Part shown: positions 46,804 to 55,961 of the stretch, piece after piece
Layout: the number at the start of each line of letters is the position of its first letter
Position numbering within the stretch: position 1 is the stretch's first letter
NCBI GenBank assembly: GCA_934692625.1
Contig: CAKUUC010000010.1
Location: 5,337 to 69,336, forward strand
Reading direction: 5' to 3'
From: an uncultured Candidatus Melainabacteria bacterium
Lineage (GTDB): Bacteria > Cyanobacteriota > Vampirovibrionia > Gastranaerophilales > Gastranaerophilaceae
Length of the DNA stretch: 64,000 nucleotides
The notes under the pieces: model-generated
Seen by the model: the letters and a program-made list of their open reading frames with translations, nothing else
Database searches by the model: none
Told to the model about the DNA's origin: nothing
Translations under genes and position numbers: made by a program

Positions 46804-48213
46804 ATGGGTATATTATTAGATGACGGGTTTACGACAAAGGGTATACGAAAATCTGACTATGTAGGTTTTGGTAGTAAAAAAACGTTAAAAGAAGTTAAAA
46901 ATTACAATACTTCTCAGGATAATTCGTTAAAAAAACTAGGTACAACAGCCGCTGCAGTTGGGGCACTAGGTAGTGGTGCTATATTGTTGTATATGGGAGT
47001 TAAGGGTATAGATTACCCAAAAGCAATTCATAAAATATACCAAGGTAGAGTGTCTGATATTGCACAGATTGTTGTGAAATTCAAAGATGAAACATTAGAG
47101 GTTTTTGAGCAACATTATAAAAAGCTTACGCCTTATGTTAAAAATTATGTTCAATTAGGAATGTTTAATTCTGAAAAGGCAGAAAAAGGCATAAACTCAG
47201 CAACAGAAACAAATGGCGTTTTGAAAACTTTAGACGAAGCATTAGGGCAGGTAAGAGATATTAGACACCGGAAAGATAGGGTACATTCAGAAGTTGACAA
47301 CTTCCGTTCTGCTATTTATGAAATTAATGACCCTGCATATAAAGCCGTTAGCCAATTGAGAAACGGACGAGGTTTTGACGTTCTGGACAAATCTATAATG
47401 CCGAAATCACAAAATGCTAAATATCAGGCTATTATTGATGAATATGAATCAAAACTCGGTAAGATGAAACGAAATACCGATAAAACTCTGTTCACGATAC
47501 AAAACCAGATTACGGACGAATATTTACATAATGCATCTGACAAGATGGTACAAGCTATTTTAAAAGTTCGTCGTAACCACATCAATAGTGAAGAAAAATT
47601 GATGGAAACTTCTTTTGCAAAAGTCGCAGAATTGTTGAATTTGCAAGGAGATTTTTTGCCGTTGTTTAAAAAAGGTTTGACTTTGAAAGATATAAAACAA
47701 CTTCCTTCAGAAAATTTAAAGCCTAAAACTCTTTCTGCTAGGGCTAAAAATTTGATACCGGAACCGTTTGTTCAAAAAGTTCTTGAAAAGACTGATTTCA
47801 CAGATATTTCAAGAAAAGAATTGCAAGATATTTATAATAGTATTCCTATTGATTTTGATATTCGCCAACTCAATTTGGTGACGGATAGGATAAGATTACA
47901 ACAAGCAGTTTTGAATGCTGAAGGCAATAATACTTCTGAATATCGAACAATTGCGGCAAAACTTGAATTTTTGTCAGCGAGTTTAAAAGATTTTGGAACA
48001 GAACAGTTGTTGCAAAAATGTGACAAAGACTTTTCAGGTTTGAATAAAGAGCAACTAAAAGCAAAAATGTATTATGTAAATAAAGAAGCCAGAAAACTCG
48101 GAATGGCTTATGTTGGAGAAATCGAAGACTTTTTGACCTATAAAACTGTAAATCCGACATTTCAAACTGCATTAAAAACTGTCAAATCAAATCCTGAATA
48201 TTACTTTATGTAG
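46804..48213 (+). CDS. Hypothetical membrane-anchored protein (469 aa)
   Basis: One TM (LGTTAAAVGALGSGAILLYMGV) followed by a helical K/E-rich region. No known motif. Confidence 0.6.
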   Translation: MGILLDDGFTTKGIRKSDYVGFGSKKTLKEVKNYNTSQDNSLKKLGTTAAAVGALGSGAILLYMGVKGIDYPKAIHKIYQGRVSDIAQIVVKFKDETLEVFEQHYKKLTPYVKNYVQLGMFNSEKAEKGINSATETNGVLKTLDEALGQVRDIRHRKDRVHSEVDNFRSAIYEINDPAYKAVSQLRNGRGFDVLDKSIMPKSQNAKYQAIIDEYESKLGKMKRNTDKTLFTIQNQITDEYLHNASDKMVQAILKVRRNHINSEEKLMETSFAKVAELLNLQGDFLPLFKKGLTLKDIKQLPSENLKPKTLSARAKNLIPEPFVQKVLEKTDFTDISRKELQDIYNSIPIDFDIRQLNLVTDRIRLQQAVLNAEGNNTSEYRTIAAKLEFLSASLKDFGTEQLLQKCDKDFSGLNKEQLKAKMYYVNKEARKLGMAYVGEIEDFLTYKTVNPTFQTALKTVKSNPEYYFM

Positions 48214-48367
48214 GATGATTTTGTTGATTATTTATTTTTTCTTGAATTGTTACGAAATGTAAATAGTATATAAAATATAGATACATTTTAGGCAATTTTT
48301 CAAGATAAAAATACTTTATATATATGTAAGGGAAATGAATAAAAGACAAATCAAGGGGGATTATAAA

Positions 48368-48538
48368 ATGGGAAAAAATTATGAAATGGTTACTTTGAAA
48401 GCATATATCGAAAACTTAGAAGATAAAAATGTTGTTTCATTGAATGATAAATCAATCGAATTGGCAGTAGAAAAATATTTAATCAGTCAAAAACGTGCCG
48501 AATCAAATGCTAAAACACTTGAAGCATTGTTGGCATAG
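48368..48538 (+). CDS. Small hypothetical protein (56 aa)
   Basis: ATG at 48368 follows AAGGGGGA. A terminator follows the stop. Confidence 0.45.
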   Translation: MGKNYEMVTLKAYIENLEDKNVVSLNDKSIELAVEKYLISQKRAESNAKTLEALLA

Positions 48539-48550
48539 AAAAAAGATATA

Positions 48551-48587
48551 AGGGATTAGGGCAAAGGTTCTAATCCCTTTTGATTTT
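48551..48587 (+). terminator. Rho-independent terminator
   Basis: AGGGATTAG / CTAATCCCT stem followed by a T-rich tail. Confidence 0.6.
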
Positions 48588-48649
48588 CTGTTTTTTGTAA
48601 ATTTTAGTAATATGTGTGAAGTTTGATTATTTTTGAGTATAATTGTCTT

Positions 48650-49648
48650 ATGGCTGAGAGTAAAAAAATACTTGCAATAAATTTCGGTGGAATTGGGGAC
48701 GAAATATTTTTTCTTCCGACTTTGATTTCGCTAAAAAAAGAATTTCCTAATTCAGAAATTACTTTAGCACTTGAACCTAGAAGCAAAAGTGTTAAAGATT
48801 TAACATCAATAATTGATAATTTGTTACTTGTTGATGTTAAGGGTAAAAATAAGTATTTGGAGATGCTAAAGCTTTTGTTTTGGGCAAGATGCGGCAAGTA
48901 TGATATTGTTGTATCTTCCGGCGGAAATAAATTAATTAGTATTTTGTTATTTTTAACAGGTATAAAAGTTCGTTGTGGTTACAATACCGGCAAATTGAGT
49001 GAGTTATTGCTTACACATGCTGTTCCGCTAAATAAAAATCAATATGCTTGCAAAATGTATCACGACTTAATTCGAGATTTGACATCTTTTAATACAGAAC
49101 TTCCTGAAATAGATATTGTAAGACGTGAAAAGAATGCAAATTCTGTACTTATTCACCCAGGGGTGAGCAAGTTGAGTGTCCAAAAGGGTTGTATTAAAAC
49201 AATTACTCCGGAAGTTTGGGCTAAAACTATAGATTTACTTGTTGCAGAAGGTAAAAAAGTTCAACTTGTCGGTGGCCCAGATGATAAAGAATGTATTGAA
49301 AAAATTCTACAAAATGTAAGAACTCAAAATTTTACAAATTTATATGGAACTACTAAAAGTCTGAAAGATTTAGCAGAATTGATTTCATCGGCGGATAAGT
49401 TTTTATGTTCTGATTCAGCACCGTTACATGTTGCTGTGGCACTACATACCAAAACGTATGTGATTTTTGGACCGACGGATGTAAACGCTCTCATTCCAAA
49501 AAATAACAATGTAATTCCGATTTTGGCAGATGACAATTGTCCGCTAAAACCGTGTTTATGGGCAAGACGCCAAACAACTTGTGATGATTTGAAATGTTTA
49601 AATATTACACCTGCTCAAATTGTTAAAAAAGTTTGTGAAAATAATTAA
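48650..49648 (+). CDS. GT9 family ADP-heptose:LPS heptosyltransferase
   Basis: KKILAINFGGIGDEIFFLPTL and LCSDSAPLHVAVAL...IFGPT motifs. Start taken at the internal ATG at 48650 (uncertain). Confidence 0.8.
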   Translation: MAESKKILAINFGGIGDEIFFLPTLISLKKEFPNSEITLALEPRSKSVKDLTSIIDNLLLVDVKGKNKYLEMLKLLFWARCGKYDIVVSSGGNKLISILLFLTGIKVRCGYNTGKLSELLLTHAVPLNKNQYACKMYHDLIRDLTSFNTELPEIDIVRREKNANSVLIHPGVSKLSVQKGCIKTITPEVWAKTIDLLVAEGKKVQLVGGPDDKECIEKILQNVRTQNFTNLYGTTKSLKDLAELISSADKFLCSDSAPLHVAVALHTKTYVIFGPTDVNALIPKNNNVIPILADDNCPLKPCLWARRQTTCDDLKCLNITPAQIVKKVCENN

Positions 49649-49738
49649 GTTATGTAACAATATGCGTGTTTTTTGCAAAAACGTCAAAAAAAAATACTTT
49701 ATATAGATGTGATATGTAGTGTAGTATAGGTATTTTTC

Positions 49739-50362
49739 ATGGCATTTAGTCCTTTAGCAACATACGCATTTGTAGGTACAAATTATGACAAAGTCGCAAG
49801 CGGTGACTGGACACGTTACCCTGTGCTTGGCGGTCAATGTGTCAATGCGCTTCAAGCAACTGTTGAAACTGCTGCAAAACACAGCACAAAAGCGGCTCAT
49901 GTTGCAGATGAAGCAACCTCAATATTTTCAAAATGGGCAAAATCAGACAAAGTGTTTAATGGTTTATCAAAAACCGTAAAATTTGTTAAAAATAATATTA
50001 ACCCGTTGATTGTAGCATCAGGTGCAACAAAAGTTATTCTTGCTAAAAAAGAAGATAGAGAAAAAACTCTATTTTCAGAAGGTGCAATGATTTTGGGTAT
50101 GTTTGCTGGTGAAGGCTGGATGAAGAAAAATCTTGATACAAAAGTCTTGAGTAAACTTCCTATTGATAAAAAATGGGCACCGATAGTTAAAGGTATATTG
50201 TTTGTTACAGGGTCTATAACTGCATCAACAATTGGTCAAAAAATCGGGGAAGCTGTTTTTGCCAAACTTGATAAGAGTAGGCACAAAAATGCTGAAGTTC
50301 GAAAAATGTTCCAGCTCGACCCAAAGACAAATACTTATCAACTGAAAGAAATGAAAGCATAA
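49739..50362 (+). CDS. Hypothetical protein (207 aa)
   Basis: Clean ORF with hydrophobic segments (ILFVTGSITASTIG). No recognised domain. Confidence 0.55.
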   Translation: MAFSPLATYAFVGTNYDKVASGDWTRYPVLGGQCVNALQATVETAAKHSTKAAHVADEATSIFSKWAKSDKVFNGLSKTVKFVKNNINPLIVASGATKVILAKKEDREKTLFSEGAMILGMFAGEGWMKKNLDTKVLSKLPIDKKWAPIVKGILFVTGSITASTIGQKIGEAVFAKLDKSRHKNAEVRKMFQLDPKTNTYQLKEMKA

Positions 50363-50415
50363 ATTTGCAATTTCCCTTTTGATTACGTTATAATTTCATC
50401 AAAAGAGGTGAAATT

Positions 50416-51252
50416 ATGGCTGAAATAAAAATTACAAAAATGCAGGGTTGCGGAAACGATTTCGTAATCTTAGATTATTCTGAATATCAAAAGACAGGAT
50501 TGCCAATGAACGAATTGGCGCAAAGACTTTGCGACAGACACTTTGGAATTGGGGCTGACGGAATGATTATTCCTGATTTGTCAAAGAATTATGACACTGA
50601 TATAGCGTGGTATTTCTACAATTCTGACGGGTCAATTGCGCAGATGTGCGGAAATGGAATGAGATGTTTTGCAAAATATGTTTATGACAAAAAATTAGTT
50701 AATAAAAAGTGTTTCAGTGTTCAAACTTTGGCAGGAGTAATAAAGCCGGAAATTCAAGATGATGGCAATGTCAGAGTGGATATGGGAATTCCTGAGTTTG
50801 AGCATTCCAAAATCCCATTCAAAGGTGAAACAACAGTGAAAATAAAAGATAAAACTTTTGAAATCACGCCGGTATCAATGGGTAATCCTCACTGCGTTAT
50901 ATTTTCAGAAGAAAATCCTATGGAATTGGCGGAAAATTACGGACCAATTATGGAAAAGCACCCGTATTTCCCTGAGAAAACTAACACTGAATTCGTAAAA
51001 ATCATTTCTAAAAACGAAATAGAAATGCGAGTTTATGAACGTGGTTGTGGAATTACTTTAGCGTGCGGAACGGGGGCATGTGCTTGTATTGCAGCAGGAG
51101 TTTTAAATAACTTAACAGATGAAAAAGTCAAAGTGAATCTGCTTGGGGGCGTTGTAAACGTTGAATGGTGCAGAAATTCAGAATTCCATAAAAATCATAT
51201 TTTTCTCATTGGACCTGCAGAATACAGTTTTGTCGCAAATTACATGTTGTAA
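50416..51252 (+). CDS. dapF: Diaminopimelate epimerase
   Basis: MQGCGNDFVILD, GNGMRCF and ACGTGACA catalytic Cys motifs. Confidence 0.95.
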   Translation: MAEIKITKMQGCGNDFVILDYSEYQKTGLPMNELAQRLCDRHFGIGADGMIIPDLSKNYDTDIAWYFYNSDGSIAQMCGNGMRCFAKYVYDKKLVNKKCFSVQTLAGVIKPEIQDDGNVRVDMGIPEFEHSKIPFKGETTVKIKDKTFEITPVSMGNPHCVIFSEENPMELAENYGPIMEKHPYFPEKTNTEFVKIISKNEIEMRVYERGCGITLACGTGACACIAAGVLNNLTDEKVKVNLLGGVVNVEWCRNSEFHKNHIFLIGPAEYSFVANYML

Positions 51253-51317
51253 AATTTAATTTTTTCATGATACTATAAGGATATAAACTGAAAAATAGTA
51301 CAAAAGGAGAATTATAA

Positions 51318-51617
51318 ATGAAAAATTATGAATTGATGGTTATATTCAAACCTAATCTAGATGCTGAAGAAGTTGATAAAGCAATTGAAAAAATTGAATC
51401 AACAGTTAACGAATTCGGTGGAAACGTTGTTTCTACAGAAAAAAGTGGCAGAAAAAAATTGGCTTATGATATCCAAAATTTCAGAGATGGTTTCTTCTCT
51501 ACAATGGTTTTGGCTTTGCCGGCAGACAAAGTTGCTGAATTCAAAAGACAATTAAGATTGACTGACAGCATTTTGAGAACAATGTTTGTTGAAACAAAAG
51601 CTAAAGCTTCAGTATAG
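51318..51617 (+). CDS. rpsF: 30S ribosomal protein S6
   Basis: MKNYELMVIFKPNL...GRKKLAYDI. Part of the rpsF-ssb-rpsR arrangement. Confidence 0.95.
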   Translation: MKNYELMVIFKPNLDAEEVDKAIEKIESTVNEFGGNVVSTEKSGRKKLAYDIQNFRDGFFSTMVLALPADKVAEFKRQLRLTDSILRTMFVETKAKASV

Positions 51618-51639
51618 TAAAATAATTAAGGAAGAATAA

Positions 51640-52050
51640 ATGACATTAGCAAAAGCAGTAGTAACAGGTATAGTTTACAAAACTCCTAAAACAGGTTTCA
51701 CCTCAAACAATGTTGCAGTTTCGTCTTTCGTATTGAATATCGGAACTCAAGATGAAATTTTGGTGAGAGTTATTTCTAAAAGAAATTCTTTAGAATCTGT
51801 TGTGCAAGGACTTTCTAAAAATCAAAAAGTTTTGGTTGAAGGTCGTTTGCAAAATGGAATTAGCAAAATGGATGATGGAACTGAAAAAAGAGTTTTTGAA
51901 ATTGAAGCCTCTACTATTGAGTTGATGGGCGGAAGTTCATCTTCATCAGACAGTTCATCTTCTGACGGTGATATAATTACTTTTGGAGATATGGATAGCG
52001 CTGATTCTAACACTGATGTGTTGATGGATGATGAAGAAGTTCCGTTCTAA
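51640..52050 (+). CDS. ssb: Single-stranded DNA-binding protein (divergent OB fold, acidic tip)
   Basis: Sits between rpsF and rpsR. Has a Ser-rich linker and a C-terminal DDEEVPF tip. Confidence 0.85.
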   Translation: MTLAKAVVTGIVYKTPKTGFTSNNVAVSSFVLNIGTQDEILVRVISKRNSLESVVQGLSKNQKVLVEGRLQNGISKMDDGTEKRVFEIEASTIELMGGSSSSSDSSSSDGDIITFGDMDSADSNTDVLMDDEEVPF

Positions 52051-52103
52051 GGAAAAATAAATTTTAGTAAAAGTAACTACAAGGCTAGAAAGGCAAGATA
52101 AAA

Positions 52104-52331
52104 ATGGCAAGACAAGACGATAAAAAGAAACGTAAAAATTGCAGTCTTTGTGCAGATAAAGTTGAAGCTATCGATTACAAGGACGCAGCAAAATTAAGAA
52201 GATACTTAACAGAAGCTGGAAAAATTATTCCTAGAAGAATTACCGGCAACTGTGCTGAACACCAAAGAATGATTGCAAGAGCAATCAAAAAAGCAAGAGA
52301 AGCAGCAATTATTAGCTACACTTTTGACTAA
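52104..52331 (+). CDS. rpsR: 30S ribosomal protein S18
   Basis: C-x-x-C...IDYKD...LRRYLTEAGKIIPRRITG. Confidence 0.95.
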   Translation: MARQDDKKKRKNCSLCADKVEAIDYKDAAKLRRYLTEAGKIIPRRITGNCAEHQRMIARAIKKAREAAIISYTFD

Positions 52332-52372
52332 TTATTGGTTAATATTAGTAGGTCAGTATTCACACTGACAGT

Positions 52373-52416
52373 AAAAAAAGAACCTTGTCAATATTTGGGC
52401 GAGGTTCTTTTTTTTA
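52373..52416. terminator. Bidirectional terminator between rpsR and rnhB
   Basis: AAAAAAAGAACCT / AGGTTCTTTTTTT stem. Confidence 0.75.
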
Positions 52417-52418
52417 TT

Positions 52419-53057
52419 TTAAAATAGACTTAATTGTTTTTGTTTTTCAAAGTGTTTTTTTAAAAAAGAGGCTCTATGATACTTTGTTAATCCGTATTTA
52501 TCAATGGCAGCAAGGTGTTCTGCTGTTAAATAACCTGCATTTTTACTCCAGTTGTATTCAGGAAATTCTTGAGCCAATTCTTGCATGTACCTGTCACGAG
52601 AAACTTTTGCCAAAATACTTGCGGCAGCAATTGATGCCGATTTTCCATCTCCTTTAATAATAAATTTTTGTGGAAATTGATAATTTTTTATCAATTTGTT
52701 GCCATCTACAAGTGTTACAAATTCTTTTAAATTCGCTTGTTTAATGACATTTTCGCACGCAAGTTTCATTGCTTTAAGCGAGGAATTCAAAATGTTAATT
52801 CGTTCAATTTCTTCAACTTCAACGTTTACGATAGAATTTATTGTATTATTCAATATTGTGTCATATAGATTGTTGCGAACTTTTGCGGATAATTTTTTAG
52901 AATCGTTCAAACGTGCTAAATCAGCCATTAAAGACTCCGTAATTTCAGGAAAGTACACAGCTGCTGAAAAAACACCGCCTGCGGCAGGTCCTCTGCCGGC
53001 TTCATCTGTCCCGATTACGGCTTTAAAGTTTTTATCAAATTCAAACAATTCATTCAT
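52419..53057 (-). CDS. rnhB: Ribonuclease HII
   Basis: IGTDEAGRGPAAGGV and ASILAKVSRD. Confidence 0.95.
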   Translation of the reverse strand: MNELFEFDKNFKAVIGTDEAGRGPAAGGVFSAAVYFPEITESLMADLARLNDSKKLSAKVRNNLYDTILNNTINSIVNVEVEEIERINILNSSLKAMKLACENVIKQANLKEFVTLVDGNKLIKNYQFPQKFIIKGDGKSASIAAASILAKVSRDRYMQELAQEFPEYNWSKNAGYLTAEHLAAIDKYGLTKYHRASFLKKHFEKQKQLSLF

Positions 53058-53060
53058 AAA

Positions 53061-54341
53061 TTATGCCTTTTTTACCTGTTCAAACAATTTTTCAAAAGTC
53101 GGAAAAGAAATATTTACCCATTCAAATTCATTAATAGTAATTTCTTTTTCTGTGATTAGTCCTGCTACATATAGACTCATTGCAAGTCTGTGGTCATTGT
53201 ATGTGTCAACTGTACAGTCGCCTTTTAACAACGTTTTACCTTTAATAATCATTCCATCTTGCGTTTCTTCGATGTTTGCCCCGAGTTTTTTCAATTCAGT
53301 GACAACTGTTGTAATTCGGTCGGATTCTTTGTTGCGTAAATCTGTCGCATCAGTGATAACGGTTTCACCTTGTGCTTGAGTTGCAAGTACTGCTATTATA
53401 GGGATTTCATCTATCAGACGAGGAATTATTTCGCCTGAAATTTTGCAACCTTTTAGTTGTGAATATTTGACTTTTATATCTCCTACAATTTCACCGCAAA
53501 CTTCTTTTTTATCTAGAATTGTGATTTGTCCGCCCATTTTGGTAACGATTTCTAGTATTCCTGTGCGAGTCGGATTTAATCCGATATTTTTCAAAATTAA
53601 ACAAGAATTTGGAATAATTAACGCTGCTGCAATAAAATATGCAGCAGATGAAATATCACCGCATATCTCCATATTAATAGGTTTTAGTTCAGATTTTTCG
53701 ATAGTTACGGTGTTTTTATCGCTTGTAATATTTGCCCCCATATATTTTAGTAAAATTTCACTGTGGTTACGTGACAAATATGGTTCAGAAACGGTTGTTT
53801 TGCCTTGAGCGAAAAGACCGGCAAGTAAAAGACATGATTTAACTTGTGCAGAGGCTATTTTTGAAGAATAAGAAATTCCATAAAGTTGAGAGCCGGTTAT
53901 ATTTAGTGGTGCTTTGTCGTTATTTGAAGTGATTTTTGCACCCATTTGAGTTAATGGCGCAATAATTCGTTTCATTGGACGTTTGGAAAGGCTTTCGTCG
54001 CCACACAAAACTGATGAAAAGTTTTGACCTGCTAAAACTCCTGTTACAAGACGCATTGTTGTTCCGGAATTTCCACAGTATAAAGTTTGTGTCGGTTGGA
54101 TAAGTTTTCCTGAGGAATTTATAACGACCGTACCTTGTTCAATTTCTTCAATCTCAACACCAAGATTTTTGAAAAGATGGAGAGTTGAATGCGGGTCTTG
54201 TCCATCAGAAAAATTTTTTATTATTGAACGACCTTTAGCAAGAGATGAAAAAATTATCGCTCTGTGTGAGAGTGATTTGTCAGAAGGAATTTCAATTTCG
54301 CCTTTCAAATATTTGAAATTTTTGGTGATATTTTTTTGCAT
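53061..54341 (-). CDS. aroA: 3-phosphoshikimate 1-carboxyvinyltransferase (EPSP synthase)
   Basis: PSDKSLSHRA, GNSGTTMRL and DHRLAMS. Confidence 0.95.
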   Translation of the reverse strand: MQKNITKNFKYLKGEIEIPSDKSLSHRAIIFSSLAKGRSIIKNFSDGQDPHSTLHLFKNLGVEIEEIEQGTVVINSSGKLIQPTQTLYCGNSGTTMRLVTGVLAGQNFSSVLCGDESLSKRPMKRIIAPLTQMGAKITSNNDKAPLNITGSQLYGISYSSKIASAQVKSCLLLAGLFAQGKTTVSEPYLSRNHSEILLKYMGANITSDKNTVTIEKSELKPINMEICGDISSAAYFIAAALIIPNSCLILKNIGLNPTRTGILEIVTKMGGQITILDKKEVCGEIVGDIKVKYSQLKGCKISGEIIPRLIDEIPIIAVLATQAQGETVITDATDLRNKESDRITTVVTELKKLGANIEETQDGMIIKGKTLLKGDCTVDTYNDHRLAMSLYVAGLITEKEITINEFEWVNISFPTFEKLFEQVKKA

Positions 54342-54413
54342 AAAACAATGTTAGCATAAAATCCTCTGTTTATATCATTTAAAAATAATAATATATGATA
54401 CGATAGTACTGTT

Positions 54414-55331
54414 ATGAATAAGAATTATATTTTTATAGGAATTGCTGGAATAATTTCTCTTTATGCTGTTTTATGTTTGGTATCTCAACCGTTTGCAAAT
54501 GTTGTGTTGTCAACTATTATTGTTTTGGGTGGCATATTAGGTACGTTATTTTTTGTATTCCAAAGACAACTTTATCAGTTTAGTATAAATTTTACGCCGG
54601 TAGAATTTAGACTTGGTCAAAATGCCTTGAGAAATCAAAATTGTATGGTTCAATATTTCCCAAATGAAAAGCTTATTGTTATGGATAATCTCGGAGATAA
54701 TACTATTGGAAAAAGAACTTTTACGGTAAAAAAAGCAACTGTAGATGTTGATAAATATTGGTTTAAAATTTGCAGAATTTTCAATAAGTATGCTACACTT
54801 GATTCTCTAGCGGCATTTTGCAGACGTGGCACTCCAGTTGATATTATAACCTTGTCACCGGCGAAAAAAGTGCAAGAAGCGGCTCCAAAGAAGAAAGTTG
54901 TTGATAGTTCTCTTTATAACAAAATTCCTGAAGCGAACAGACCTCAAGTAAAAATGCCTGAGATTGCAAGCTTTAATGAATTATCTCAACCTCAACATGT
55001 TACAAAGGCTGAAGATGAAGCAACATATAATGAAGACTTCTTGAATTTGAGTGATATTATGCAGCAATCAACTGCAAAAATAAATATTAATACAGCAACC
55101 GCCAGTGAAATCTCCGTTTTACCTGGTATCAATATTGCGATTGCTAAAAGAGTTGTTGAATATAGAGATTTGAACGGTGGGTTTAAATCTATTGATGAAT
55201 TTTTACAAGTTGCCGAAGTTAAAGAACATTTCATTCCAAAGATAAAGGAAATGATTGCTATTGACGGAGCATCTCAAAACAACAATTCTGCCATTGAAAA
55301 ACAGAATGAAGGTCGACTTTTGGATTGGTAA
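54414..55331 (+). CDS. ComEA-like membrane protein with C-terminal helix-hairpin-helix DNA-binding domain
   Basis: Two N-terminal TM segments. C-terminal ININTATASEISVLPGINIAIAKRVVEYRDLNGGFKSIDEF. Confidence 0.75.
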   Translation: MNKNYIFIGIAGIISLYAVLCLVSQPFANVVLSTIIVLGGILGTLFFVFQRQLYQFSINFTPVEFRLGQNALRNQNCMVQYFPNEKLIVMDNLGDNTIGKRTFTVKKATVDVDKYWFKICRIFNKYATLDSLAAFCRRGTPVDIITLSPAKKVQEAAPKKKVVDSSLYNKIPEANRPQVKMPEIASFNELSQPQHVTKAEDEATYNEDFLNLSDIMQQSTAKININTATASEISVLPGINIAIAKRVVEYRDLNGGFKSIDEFLQVAEVKEHFIPKIKEMIAIDGASQNNNSAIEKQNEGRLLDW

Positions 55332-55936
55332 TGCTAGACCTGTATAAAATAATTCCGCAAACTGAAGTTGAAGGACCGAATAAACGATTTTGCATTTGGG
55401 TACAAGGATGTAAAAAGCATTGTGTAGGGTGTTGGGCAAAAGAAACTTGGGAGTTTGGAATTGGTAAAAATTACTCGGTTGAAGAACTTTTTCAGCTTAT
55501 AAAGGCGCAAAAAGATATTGAAGGTGTAACTTTTCTTGGTGGAGAACCGTTTGAACAAGCCGAAAACCTTTCAAAACTTGCGCAAAAAGTAAAAGAAATT
55601 GGCTTGTCAGTTGTTTGTTTTACCGGTTATACAATAGAGGAGTTACGAAATAAAAATTCTTCTGCAATAACAGCACTTTTAGAAAATATTGATTTACTTA
55701 TTGATGGCGGATTTGAAAAAGAAAACTTTGACCTCTCAAGACCTTGGGTTGGCTCATCTAATCAACGTTATATCTTTTTGAGCGATGTTTATTCGCCTGA
55801 TACAATTAAAAAATATACTAACAAGGTAGAGGTTAGAATTTCTCGAGGTGGAAAGTTGGAAATTAACGGTATGGGTGACTTTGAGAAGATTAAAAAAGAT
55901 TTTTATTTACAACTCGGAAAAAATAATGTAGAATAG
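55331..55936 (+). CDS. nrdG: NrdG-family radical SAM activase (anaerobic RNR activating protein-like), no nrdD nearby
   Basis: VEGPNKRFCIWVQGCKKHCVGCWAKETW (CX3CX2C), LGGEPF, FTGYTIEEL and LIDGGF...RPWVGSSNQ all parallel E. coli NrdG. The ATG overlaps the comEA-like stop as TAATG. Confidence 0.75.
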   Translation: MLDLYKIIPQTEVEGPNKRFCIWVQGCKKHCVGCWAKETWEFGIGKNYSVEELFQLIKAQKDIEGVTFLGGEPFEQAENLSKLAQKVKEIGLSVVCFTGYTIEELRNKNSSAITALLENIDLLIDGGFEKENFDLSRPWVGSSNQRYIFLSDVYSPDTIKKYTNKVEVRISRGGKLEINGMGDFEKIKKDFYLQLGKNNVE

Positions 55937-55961
55937 ATACGGAAAAAGAGAGTTTACAACT

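Noticed and set aside
52696-53379. 227-aa ORF antisense to rnhB/aroA, and similar long antisense ORFs (27997-28551, 14470-14988, 61972-62505, 46318-46674)
   Set aside because: They lie fully inside strongly supported genes on the other strand, have low-complexity Ser/Phe/Ile-rich translations, and lack an RBS. They are typical shadow ORFs.
55331-55936. Reading the small radical SAM protein as QueE or a viperin-like defence enzyme
   Set aside because: Motif-by-motif it follows NrdG (GCxxxCxGC..K.TW, GGEP, TGY..EEL, DG.F....RPW.GSSNQ) rather than QueE or viperin. It is also much shorter than viperins.
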